Made by a program: the position numbers and the translations under genes. The notes beneath the pieces are model-generated. The model was not told where the DNA came from, searched no databases, and saw only the letters and a program-made list of their open reading frames with translations. Below, piece after piece: positions 25,803 through 38,461 of a stretch of DNA of 64,000 nucleotides. This DNA comes from Azolla caroliniana (Eukaryota; Plantae; Polypodiophyta): assembly GCA_043228905.1 (NCBI GenBank), contig JBHGNT010000008.1, forward strand, positions 2,294,001 to 2,358,000, read 5' to 3'. How positions within the stretch are numbered: the first letter of the stretch is position 1; every line of letters begins with the position of its first letter.

Positions 25803-28800
25803 TTCTATCATTTGATTGCAATCTATGAGACCCCCCCCCTGCCCATTTGCCCTCGATTGGAAATTTATGACTCAGGGTTGTCCATCCCTATGAGATGGGA
25901 GCATAGCCCATAACGAACATCAAACTATAGACAGGTAGATAGAATCAATCAATCTTTTTTAGTGTCCATAGAGAGGCTCGATATTGACCCGTAGGACCTA
26001 AGTACAAAAGTTATCTTCATGTGTGTCTTCTTCGTAAGAAGGGACATTCATAGTTTGAAGCACCACGTCTCGGTGTGTGAATCAGGCAGACACATATGAG
26101 GTCAACCTTCTAAGTGTTCTCTTTTAGAGAGAGAGAGAGAGAAAGCATATCTACAAAAGTTGAAGGAAGTACTAATGTGGTAATTTTCTTTATTAAAGCA
26201 AGTGGAAATTCATTCCTCAATGGAGTGTTCGTCTTGCCTATTGGCAATTCAACATGTTCCACTACCCATGTAGTGTAGTTAGAACTTAGTGGGTGACCAT
26301 ACTCCATTGTCACACCCATTGTAAGTAATGTTTTTTACACACATTTATTAATATAATTGTGTGTTTTCACCCAAAAAAAGAGAGAGATAGAGAGAGAGAA
26401 GAGATATTTCTAACATTCGATTGTGATCTATGAGACCTCTTGCCTATTTGCCCTCGAACGAATATTATGCCTCAAGGTTGACCATCTTATGAGCTGGGAG
26501 CATAGCCAAAATTGAGCGTCAAACTAGAGAATATATATTTAGTTAATTATTTATTTATTTAACGTTCAATTGGGCTCTATGAGACCTACCCATTTTCCCT
26601 TGAATGAAAATTTAAACTTCTTGACAGTTGGTCGAACCACCATAAGTTTTGGACAGCCTGCTACTTCCTTTGCCCTGTCGACGTGGGGAAACCTTCTTTT
26701 TCAACGCCATAATATATGTATATATATCCATCATCATGTTGAGCACCCATTCATTTTATGTGCAGTTCCTCGACACAATGCCAACCAAACTCTATAGTAA
26801 AATTCCCACACGGGAATCAATGCTTAGCTCTCAAACCAAAGTTGATTTTTAACAGGAGAATTGTTTTGAGCCCATTTCTGTTAGCATGAATCCTTCATTG
26901 GGAAGTCACTTGCTACTTAGATTCAATTTGGTTTATCTTAATTAGCATTAGCTATTGATAAACATGAACTTGTAATACAATGGGAATTTAAAGGCATTAA
27001 TAGATTCACAATTTTCATAGATTGCGGCACTAGGACTCCACAAGTTCAATGGTCATCTATGAGGTGAATAAGACATTAATAGACCCACAATTTTCATCGG
27101 CACTAGGTCTCCACAAGTTGAAGAGTGGCGATATCATTGATCCATTTGCTATAAAAAATGGAAATCCCCCTCAGTCAAAGGAAGTGATAAATATTTATTT
27201 AGCTTTAATGGTGCATGACGACACCTCGAGTTATTGGACGTTTCTTTTGGGAATATATTAATCTTTAGCGGCTTTATTTAACAAGCTATGGTTTTGATTA
27301 TTGAACATAATCGACCACACAACGAAAACAAGCTTTTGAGACCCAATGATTTTCTCATATGCATAAAAAGTAAGTTGGTATAGCTCTGAGAGATAGGGTT
27401 TATATTCTCATTCTTATGTAATATGTAGTACTAGCTTGTAGATATGGTTAAATCATGGCATCGTGGTACAAAAAGTATTGTCTTTGACACAACCCATTTA
27501 TTATTGTTTTGGTTATATGTGGTGAAAGTTTCATCTCACAAATTTTCGGTTTGTAATAACTACAAATTCGGCACTTGATGGGCTCTTTAATCAAATCAGG
27601 GATCATAGTACATGTTGAGTTTGCAAGGATTGATCGAAATTCTAAATAAAATAATGCATAGTTGGTAGAAAAATCCGATCACCTATGCACTTGTCGCCCT
27701 TGGGATATGGAAACATACATACTTATTACAATTCAATTTTTTGTTTAAATCATTCTTTATGTAGTGTGGCTATTGAAACTATCACACGCCACTGTCATAA
27801 GAGGTAAAGTACACCCTTTTATGATTTCGGTTATGAATACTATGGGGCATCATCACATCTCACCTATAACTATTCACACTCACTAGACTCACACAGGTTC
27901 GGAATGCTAAGGTTTGCAAGGTTTTTCTTAAAAAGTTTAGATGACTATGCTGGTAACAACCCTATTAACATCATTAGTGCCTCCTTGGGATTATCCTAAC
28001 TATGATATATGTGAAGTGTTTTGTACTTACATGATGTTTGTCTATTTATTCTTATTCCATCTTCCTCCAACAATCAAGCTTGCACATGAAAAGTGATTAA
28101 TATCTACTACCAAAAAAAGGTCACTTTGGAGAAACTTATATACTTTATGCACAATTATAATTTTCCCTTGGTTATGATGAGATTATTTCGTGATTAAAAT
28201 CACTTTCTCTTGGTATGTATACATAGCACAATAATGATGAGGAAACAACAAATAGAAGATTACAAGGACGCCAAAAAGCTATAAGTATCAATTTTGATAC
28301 ATACATGTTATTTAGTGGTGTCTATATGTATATAAACAAGGCATGCGTGCTAAAGCACGATCATGTAAAAGCATTGCCTATATGTCTCATCTTAAAATAT
28401 CTTTATGGTTAGAGCGGATAGAGTCATGCCTTAGAGGAGTAGGTCATGGGTCTAAGGTCTAAACCAACTTATCCAATTCAAGGTTCGTATAAGAAATAAA
28501 AACAAGTACATTGATTTAGAATGGTTGTATGGCATGCCTAAATGCAAACATGTATTATGGGCATGTGGATGCACATTCAAGTCCTCCTTCTATCTTTCTA
28601 CCCTCGAAATATTTCTATCTTATGATAAAGACGCATAATGTTACCACTAGTAAATATCATGGAACACAAATTTATGTCAAGTAAATGCAATGCTAGGACA
28701 AGCTTATGTTGGCCGATGCATTCAAAAGTTCATGGTAAATATTTGTAATGAGGTGTGATATTTATGTTCATGGAATGAATAGATGATGGGATAGCTGAGC

Positions 28801-30419
28801 AAATTTGAGTACAACGGAATCAAGGTTAATAGCAATACATAAACGTGACAAAAAACTTTGGGACATACTAATTGTACTATCAAGCTTGTAAAAAATCTCC
28901 GACTTTGCTTAGAGTTGCTTTTTGTTACTCATGTTTTTAGTAATATAGTGTGTGATATGTTGTTCTTCAAGCATTGGGCGTCAAATGTCAACGCTAATAC
29001 GTGTACTTATGTTGTGTAAGCAATTGGTTGAACACAATGATGGATGGATCGATTTCTTGACCAGCAACGATATAATGAATGGATGAAGGTTTTCTTGCTT
29101 GGAAGTTAGTAGTTGGGAGCATATCCATGATATAATGATTGCTTGTCCCAAGGCAACTAGTCAAATGAAGGTCAAGGACTGATGAAATTAGAAGCCATAA
29201 TCTTGTGGTTATTTTGAATCTATTTCTTGGATGAAGGTTCGGTGCTTACTTCGTTTTGATACACTTATCAACCAAAGGTTGAGAATGGTTTATAGAAGGA
29301 GATTGTCATTCTTTGGAGGAAGGTTGGCAATTTCATTTAGGTAGGGGCCAACCAACAACCCTAGTGAGTAGCTACATGTCGTATTAACAATGGTGATCCT
29401 TGTAAGATAAAGGCATGAGATTGGCAATAGGAGATTTACACATTCTTTGTTTGTGAGGTTGGGAAAATAGAAGCCAACCTCGACAATTAATTGGTCAATA
29501 AGAGTTTATTCATTCATTGGAAAATCAAGGAAGTCGAGGTCTAGGAATGGATGATAGGAATCTATTCTCGTCCCCCAACTTCAAACTTCTCCAACGTTGT
29601 TTGTTGTGTGGAAGATAGTAAGTCGCATTCTGCATAATGCTCTAACATTGAGGATTCCTCAATCATGACATGATAAGGGCCCTAAGTATCTTGATGTGGT
29701 CTCATTCCGCTACCATCTTGTCCATCACCTATAACACCCTCCTCCTCCCTTACCCTAGCTACATCGTACATGACACACATTTTCTCTGTTTTCCACTTGT
29801 AACCAAACAGAGAGGATGGTTAAAATCTTGCATGGTAAGAAGGAACTATGATCCAACAACATGATATGACAAAAAGTCGGATCATGTTACAATAGCCGAA
29901 CACATGGATGTGATGGGATCATGGTATCACAACATAACGAGGAGGTAACCGAGATCAAGCTGCATGAGACAATGCACGATACAACAAAAAGTCAGGATGA
30001 ACCCGCGTGTTATGATATGCGAAACCGCATGGATGCGGAGGAATCATGGCATCGCAAAACATAACAAAGGGTGTCTAAAGGAATTTGATCGTGTCACGAG
30101 GGATGATGTCCAAGACGTGTTTTTATGTATGTATGGCTTGGCAGTAATGTCAGACCACCACAACATGTATGTGTTCACATGCGAAAGTGTGATCTTCATT
30201 GAAATCTAAGAGGTCACAAGCTCGACAAAGAGAGAGAGGCGAATGATCAATAGAGAGACATTGGTGGTGGTGGTGGGGGGGCGCTCTCAATGGATGAATC
30301 GATAGGTTGCAAAGAAGTGTGGATCTATTGATCGATCGATAGGCTGCAAAGTGACGATGGATGGATTGATAGGCTGCAAAGTGTGGATGGATGGATCGAT
30401 AGGCTTCAAAGAAGTGTGG

Positions 30420-30596
30420 AATCGATATCGATCGATCGATCTATCAACGAAGGAGTGGCGAAGATCAATCGATCGATCGATCTATCAACGAAGGAGTGGT
30501 GAAGATCAATCGATCGATCGATCTATCAACGAAGGAGTGGCGAAGATCAATCGATCGATCGATCTATCAATGAAGGAGTGGCAAAGATCAATCGAG
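30420..30596. repeat. ~41-bp GATC-rich minisatellite (ATCGATCGATCGATCTATCAACGAAGGAGTGGCGAAGATCA)
   Basis: About 4 tandem copies within a (GATC)/(GGAT) low-complexity zone at 30240-30690. Confidence 0.85.
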
Positions 30597-31221
30597 AGAC
30601 ATTTGTTTGGGGGGGGGGTGTGTCTGTCGATCAATGGATCGATCGATTGCCTGCAAGTGTGGATGGATGGATGGATGGATGGATGGAAGAGCAGATCACG
30701 CAGAATGCAGGCCATGGCCATGGCCATGGTGATGGTGGGCAGTCAGTCAATTACAAACAGAGATAGACACAGAAAAAACAGGGGAACCATAGGAAAAAAA
30801 AAAACAGAGGAGGCAAAAAGGAAAGGAAAAGAAAAGACAAAAAGAAAAGATTTCAATCTCTCGTGTCTCCAGCTCATTTCATTCCCCTGCTCTCTCTCTC
30901 TCTCTCTTCTCTTTCCTTCTTGTCAGTGCTCTCTTCTGTCTCTCTCTGTCTTCTCTGCCTTCATTCACAGCCAAACAGAAGAAGAAGAAGAAGAAGAAGA
31001 AGAAGAAGAAGAAAGAAAGAAAGAAAGAAAGAAGGAAGGAAGGAAAGAAAGAAAGCTTCTCCTCCCTCTTCCTATCTCTGTTTCTCAGGCATGGCGACCT
31101 TCACAGCTCGCTTTCCACGTTTGCTCATATAGTATATATATATATATATATCCTTCAACGCATACGCATTCTCACGACCCTCCATATCAGATACTCTGAT
31201 TGCATTTCCTCCTCTCTGTGT

Positions 31222-31860
31222 GAAACCCTAACCGGTTCACCGATACCTAACCCTATCCGTATAACTGGGTTAGAGAGAGAGAGAGAGCGATAACCCTAAC
31301 TGGGTCATTGAGTTAGCCCTAACTGGTTTGCAGGTGCATAACCCTGTACGTGGCTGGGTTATTGAGTTAGCCCTATCTGGTTCGCAGGTGCATAACCGGG
31401 TCATTGAGGCAACCCTAACTGGTTCAGATAGTGATAAAACTAACCAAGTAACCTTGCATTGTTCAGGGAGATAACCTTAACACTTAACTTTAACCGTAAC
31501 CCTAACTGGTTCAAGCATATAAACAATTTAACTGAAGAGAAAAATAACCCTAACTGGGTCAAAAGAGATAACCCTAACTGGTTCAGTGAGAACCTTAGCT
31601 GTAATCGGGTTTACGGAGATATCCCAAACTATAATCTGTTCAAACAGATAAACCCAACTGGTCCAGAGAGATAGCCTAACTACTTCAGGGAGATAACCCT
31701 CATTACAACACTTATCCCAACTGGTTGGGGAAGAGATAACCCTAACCAACAGGCCCTGAATTTGATAAACCCAATTCTGGCTTTTTCTTGAGATAACGCC
31801 AACGCCAACTCGGACTTGATCAAGGAGGTAACATAAAACCCATCTGGTTCAGACAGTTAA
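31222..31860. repeat. Degenerate array of telo-box-like AACCCTAACTGG motifs upstream of the kinase
   Basis: More than 10 copies of (A/T)A(A/G)CCCTAA(C)TGG(T/G)TC variants at irregular spacing. Confidence 0.7.
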
Positions 31861-32018
31861 AACTTAAGCCTGATTGAATCCAGATACACTAATCACAGCT
31901 TAGACAGGGCCATCATAAAGCAAAATTCACCATTTCACTTTGCGTTTTGTATTCGCAATGTGTGACATTGTATAGGGTTTTTACTATCAGTGACGTTCAG
32001 AAAAGTTTTAGAAAAAAA

Positions 32019-35000
32019 ATGGAATTTGTGAGCAATGAGCTCTCCAAGAAGACAATTGTGTTCGGATTGAAGTTATGGGTTGTTGTCGGCATTGGGATTG
32101 GTGTACTTTTTGTTCTGATCTTGTTTTGCCTCTCTTTATGTCTAACATCTCGGAAGAAATCATTGAAGAAGAAGAAGAAGAAGAAGCATGGCCTTATTGT
32201 CTCAAAACCACCCAAAGATCTAATGCTGGATCGATCAAGGCAACCTCCCTCGCATCGTGTCTTGAATGAGCCCAACAATGTGTTAAGAAATGCTGTTGCA
32301 AACAACACAGGTAAAGATAAGGATACAGATAAAGATGTTCTTGTTACACAAGCCCAGCAACAAGAGAGAGAGAGCGACCTCAACAGAGTTAATAACAAGG
32401 AATCTGTGAATAGGAATATGCATGCAACAAGGCAAGAAGAAACAAGGATAGAGATGGGGAATAGGGTTCTTCGACTACCGCCCATGGAAAAAGGTGTGGT
32501 GGAAGGAGAGAGGAGAGGGGAACCTCTGAACAATATCAACAACAACAACAATATTGGTCATGAAAAGGGATGGAATGCTAGTGGAGATTCTCGTTTTATA
32601 GATTCTCCATTAGCGAATATATCAGTTCCTGAGGTGTCTCACCTTGGCTGGGGTCATTGGTATACTTTACGGGAGCTTGAGGCTGCAACTGATTCCTTCT
32701 CTGATTCTAATGTGCTTGGTGAAGGTGGATATGGTATTGTTTACTTGGGTCATTTGCCTGATGGAACTCGTATAGCTGTGAAAAACCTTCTAAATAACCG
32801 GTACATGTTTCTTCCACTGCATTTTAATGTATATTTCAATAATGTTCTATCTATTCTGATAATTTAGAATACTTGAGAGTATTCTGGTACATACCCAACA
32901 ACTTTGGGGTATTCTGGTTGTTTTGCCCTAGATTCTATCATATGTCTGTGCAATCTGGCTCTGATTGTTTATATATATCATTGCTAGGAACATATCCTTC
33001 TAATTGTACATTTTACGTACTAAACATGAGAAATTAAATAAAGCATGTAGAATGCTAGAGTATTATGTCCCACCTAATTGATCCCCCCCTCCCCAAAACC
33101 AGCAATATACCCTGTTATTAGGCTAATTATATATTGGGGGAGTGCAATCCTTATTGTTTTTGAATATTTTAAATAACTGGACAAGGTGTTCAACTATTTT
33201 GACATCTGAAGGATTTTGAAACACAGAGGACAAGCAGAAAGAGAATTTAAGATTGAAGTGGAGGCCATTGGCCGAGTAAGGCATAAAAATCTTGTTCGTC
33301 TAATTGGCTACTGCATGGAGGGATCTCAAAGGTAACTTATCTTGTTTTGGGCCCACCTTTCAACATAATGCTAAAGCACGCTCCTTGTTTTGGTCTTTTA
33401 TTTCAATATAACCACTTCTGAAAATAATGAAATGGAACTCATCGTTGAAATGCTATTATCTACTATCAACGTGTGCTATATCCATTAGAACTGGGTAGAT
33501 CCTAACTTTAGCATCAATGATAAGATTGGTTTTGAGAATAATGTTACTTCATATTGTCCAGGATGCTTGTTTACGAATATGTTGACAATGGAAATTTGGA
33601 GCAGTGGTTACATGGACAGTTAGGAGATCATCCAGCAATGTCTTGGGATATACGAATGAAGATTATTCTTGGTACTGCAAAAGGGTACTTTTTAGAACCC
33701 CATGTCACCTAAATTTCTATCATTGTGTTTTCTTTTGTTGTTATCAATGTGTGCTTGTGTCTTAAGATGTTTCCACTGCTGACTATCTATTTTAGGACAT
33801 CATATTGTGATTGAAATTTTACATCTCAATGTGTTGTGGCATCATATCCTTATATTCTATTATATGTAATCATAACTGCTGAAGTAAGGACATATGATGC
33901 TTGCTAAACAAGAAAGACACTGATCTCAATGAGATCCTTCTTACATGAACATTATTCAGTGGTGGTGTATCTTTCATGTGTCAACATGTCATTGGACCCA
34001 CATTCATATAGGGATTTGCTCATGTCCAAAGTGTGACTTCTCTCTTTATCTTTGAGTGCAAACCTCAATAACAAGGCTGAATAGCACAATAGGGTTAGCT
34101 TGGCTTGTGGCAAGAAAGAGAACTTCCATGATATACTGTCATACAATGCTAATTGTTGTGAGAGGCTTGCATGAATCCACCCTCTATATATTTGATTGCC
34201 AACCTCAGTAACAGTGGAATGATGCGATAGATGTGATTTGCATCATGGAAAGTAGAATATGATTCAATCTTGTGAAGAAAATTTGTACTTTCATGATATG
34301 GTGTTATATAATGCTCTTGATGCACTTCAAGAGCAATCTAATTGGATTATCATTCTCCACAACAATAGCTTACCTTTGAAATGACTATATAGTGAAGTTG
34401 CACCGGTCAAGTACTTTTTTAGTACCATATCGAGTGCCCATATGATGTGATGTTGGGATTAATGGGTGGGAAGCACCCAGCAATATGCAATCAATCACAA
34501 TCAACTGCCAACTATGTCATGCTACTCCATTTTAATTCTTGGTTTCGGATTCATTTACTATAGCTTTCCTGCTTTTCATTGTTTTTAGATTCCCTATTTC
34601 TGTTTTGCAGTATGTTAGCAGCTACATTCACATAGACTGCATTATTTGTTTGTCTATGTATTTTTTGATAGTGTTCATGTGAACTGATGCTGCGCATCTT
34701 TTTAACCTATGTATTGTACATCTTTTTAATATAATCAACATCTATTTTGGTGAAAACATCAGATTTCATGTGCTGACACGGGCATGGTTGGCTAAAATAC
34801 AGGCTGGCTTATTTGCATGAGGGCCTGGAGCCCAAAGTTGTGCACCGGGATGTGAAATCTAGCAACATTTTAATAGATAGCCAGTGGAATCCAAAAGTTG
34901 CTGATTTCGGACTTGCAAAACTTTTAGGAACTGGGAATAGCCATGTTACAACAAGGGTGATGGGGACTTTTGGGTAAATATTCAAGAGATATTTCCAAGT

Positions 35001-36304
35001 TTGGTAACTCTCTCTTTTAAGGTAGTGGAGTTCTTTATTTTTTATATATTAATTTGCTCTTTGCAGGTATGTTGCTCCAGAATATGCCCTTACTGGCATG
35101 CTAACAGAGAAAAGTGATGTCTATAGCTATGGGGTTCTCCTCATGGAACTGGTCACCGGAAGAGTTCCTGTAGATTTTGGAAGGCCAGCTGGAGAGGTGA
35201 GAAGATTGTTTTGATTTTCATGGTCATATTTTCAAGCAGATAATCCAAAGTCTCTCGTGTGATTGTTAAGCTTTACATCAAAGCTGTTAATTACAGATTT
35301 GAAACCTTAGTCTTTCACTAATGTTTTCATGGCCTTAAATGCACCATTCAAAGTGTATTTGACTTCAATTTATTTGGTGTACATAAATTAGGACTTTCTT
35401 TCTTTTCTAGGTTAATCTGGTGGATTGGTTGAAAGCCATGGTTGGTAATCACCATTCGGAAGAAGTTATAGATCCAAAGATGGAAGTGAAACCGTCACCA
35501 CGAGCACTGAAAAGAACATTGCTCGTAGCTCTACGCTGTGTAGATCCTGATGCACAAAAGCGTCCAAAAATGGGCCAAGTGGTTCACATGCTTGAGACTG
35601 ACGACAATCCTTTCCGTGAGGTACACGATGTGGTGCAATTAGATTCTATGTGTTTTCTCGTTTTCTGATTGGGGAATTGATTGCCACATGTGGCAGCTAA
35701 GGGGAGTTGAACTCTCTGTGAGGTATGTGATGTGATCCGGCAACCGGGAGGCAGGATTTCAACCCCACCTGAATCACTAGGCCAATAACGGCCAAACTAT
35801 TTGTTTATTTTTTGGCAGTACATATTTCCACATATGCTGCCAAAAATCATGTCATCTGCACATGCTCATCCACATGCTGCAGTGTAATAAGATTCTAGGG
35901 ATAACTTTTTGGATGTTTCAAGAATACTTCTAATAAAAAAATGATCAAACCACAGGGCAAACTGCGCTGCCCCTATTTGTTTTGTATTCGTCGTAACTCT
36001 ATGAACTTAATAATCTCTATTCAATGTGCTCATGACTTTTATTCAATCTTAATGTGTTAAAAAGGACCGGAAGAATGTTGCTAGGGAGGCATCTCGACAA
36101 AGGAATGTTCCTCATAACAATGCAATGGCACCCGAAAACCAAAGCATTCCAAAAGAGGACTCTTCACACATAGCAGCTCAATTAGAGGCAGATACGCAAA
36201 GGATGATCCAGAAGATCAACAAGTGGAAGGGGTCAGCTCAGGATGATGAAGAAGAGCTTGGTTCACCAAGCAATGGTGATTCCAGAGCAAGATGGAGGAG
36301 ATGA
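32019..36304 (+). CDS. Receptor-like (cytoplasmic) Ser/Thr kinase, RLCK-V family (At1g01540-like)
   Basis: Exons 32019-32800, 33227-33331, 33562-33684, 34803-34973, 35067-35196, 35411-35620 and 36065-36304. N-terminal TM segment ([11 protein letters not shown]), then [39 protein letters not shown] and GTFGYVAPEY. Confidence 0.95.
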
Positions 36305-37569
36305 AAATTGAAATATAACTATATATAATGGTTTGATATCTTTGAGAATGGAACATGCTGGCATCCTTCAGAAGGAAAAATTGACCTTCCTTCTGAGAAA
36401 GTGCTTCATACGCGAATTGATGTACTCTCTTCAATCAATTGTTGATTCAAAAGAGATGGCTGTGATTGGAAATTTGGGACTTAAATTCTTTTGTGTATTT
36501 TGGTAAATGATGATCCGATGATTCTGTTGGTAAAATGTATGACTCTTCGGTGTCGGGAGCACGGCTTTATCATGTTCGTCTTCAGCTGGTGGACATCTTG
36601 AGCAATCCTTCTTGGATTGTTCGAACCCATAAAAAGTGATAATCAAACAATGATGATACTTAGGAGTCTAAATTTGATCCATATGTATATTTTCCATTTC
36701 AGGAGAAAATTCAGCTGATTAAAAGTTTCATTCAATATCCCAAATATTTGGAATCATTTTTGGAAAGTGGACCAGAGACATGTTTCAATAATGTTGTGAG
36801 GTATCGGTCACCATTATTCCTTTACTTTGCTTTGAATTTTCTTAAATGGAAGTGAGTCCATATTCTTAGGAGGCTAAATTTTTAGTGGGTCTTAATGCTG
36901 TGGGTCGAAGCCAAGGCTTGCTGCACCTCACAACCAAAGGCTACTGAAAGATCCTTGCATTCAAGTATCATAACAGTGGAATGTGAGCAGTGTGTTATAG
37001 CCAGTATAATTTCAATGACTGCTTGTAAACAATTATAAAAATTGATCTATTCAGGAATGTTAGTTGATCTTGAAAATCATCAATTCCCATCTTGTTTAAA
37101 CGTTGAAACACAGATTTGTTGTGTCTATGATCAGATACAAGAGTTTTTTACCTGTCCTAATGTTTCTAGTCTCATTAGCAGTAGAGGTTAACCTTGCTGA
37201 ACACTGATGACAGTTTTGCCAACATTGCCATTAAATAGAAAATGCCATTGTTTTCACTTGAGGAAAAATGATGGTTCTAAACTCTTGTGATGAAGGAGAT
37301 TTTTTGATGAATGCAATGACAAAATTGTGGTGCAAGACTTGAATGGGCAGACACCTTGATGTTGTGAGCACAAGCATTGTCTCTATAGTTATATATTTCA
37401 ATTTTAGAGTCTCAATAAATTGCAAAAGTTTAAGGCTTGGCCAAAATGCATTGTTTGATTCACCATGTATGAAGTGCATACTTCTTGTGCTCAACATACT
37501 TGCTCACCAAAAGAAATGGATAGTAGAGAATATATCATATGTGGGTCACCATATACATGACATTTGCCA

Positions 37570-37880
37570 CAGGAAGAATTGCATGTTTCTCACTCGGGCC
37601 TACATGTATTTGATACGAGAAGCCTTGTAAAAAGCTAGTAATTAGGCATGCAAGCCAAAGCTTCCCCCCCATTCTATGTACATAAGGGAAAAGTGGGCGA
37701 GCCGCGATTACACTAGGTATAACTAAAATGCAAGAAGAATTGCATGCTTATCACTTGGTGTTGATGCATATTTGATAAGATAAACCTTGTAAAATTCTAG
37801 TAATCACACACGCAAGTCAAATCCCCCCCCCCCCCCCCCCCCATTCTATGTATATAAAAGGAAAAGTTGGTGAGATGTGG
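37570..37880. repeat. Diverged ~160-bp tandem duplication
   Basis: GAAGAATTGCATG...CCTTGTAAAA..CTAGTAAT...CCCCCATTCTATGTA..GGAAAAGT occurs twice. Confidence 0.7.
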
Positions 37881-38108
37881 CCGCACAAAGCTGTGCTAGA
37901 GCAAGTAGCTAGCTACAAGGCACATGGCTAGCTACAAGGCACATGGTATCTGGTGATTTGTACAAGAAGAAGAAGAAGAATAAGTTGTGCATGTGTGACC
38001 GGTTCGATCGGACCTGACATATCTAGCGACTATAGCATGTATATATGTATGTATGTATGTATGAATATGTGTATCATGTATGTATAGCTTCTTGTGACTA
38101 CTAGACCA

Positions 38109-38382
38109 CATAGTACATAAAATTCGTGTTCGTCTAGCATAACATTCGTTTTCCTACGTTGGAAAACGAATGCGAATGATATAAAAACATTCTTGTGTTT
38201 TAAAAAAGTTTTTTTCCCCATTTTTTAAAGTGTATTTTTTAGTTTTTTTTCCTTTTATTATGTTTATTTACCTCATAATAAATAGTTAAATCCAAAAGTA
38301 TGGCATTTACCATTCTTTTCGGGTGTTTACCATACTCGAATGATGCAAGAATGCACGTATGGTTCGTATGGTTCATACTATG
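38109..38382. mobile_element. MITE with CATAGTA...TACTATG termini
   Basis: Short terminal inverted repeat. Related in reverse orientation to 51930-52153 and 60052-60270 (CATAGTATGAACCATACG...TCATTCGAGTATG.TAAACAC). Confidence 0.6.
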
Positions 38383-38461
38383 CATCGCACATATTTGTGG
38401 TCTTACTTTAACAGACAACAAAACCCCTGTTCCCAGCCCCTTAGCTCTTGCTCCATCATCC

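Noticed and set aside
26900-30200. Long intergenic stretch with short ORFs
   Set aside because: No recognisable domains, splice-consistent exons or terminal structures; probably old decayed TE DNA.
30351-31199. 282-aa ORF
   Set aside because: Made of minisatellite and microsatellite translations (SIDRS, poly-E, SLSL); no domain.
31997-32551. 184-aa minus-strand ORF
   Set aside because: Antisense shadow of kinase exon 1.
35680-35850. Palindromes in kinase intron 6 (TGCCACATGTGGCA; TTTTTGGCAG...CTGCCAAAAA) as a possible miRNA hairpin
   Set aside because: Stems are too short and imperfect for a pre-miRNA; more likely a MITE relic.
38300-38461. N-terminal extension of ORF 38300-38953
   Set aside because: Begins inside a MITE; the plausible trmB start is 38462 or 38486.
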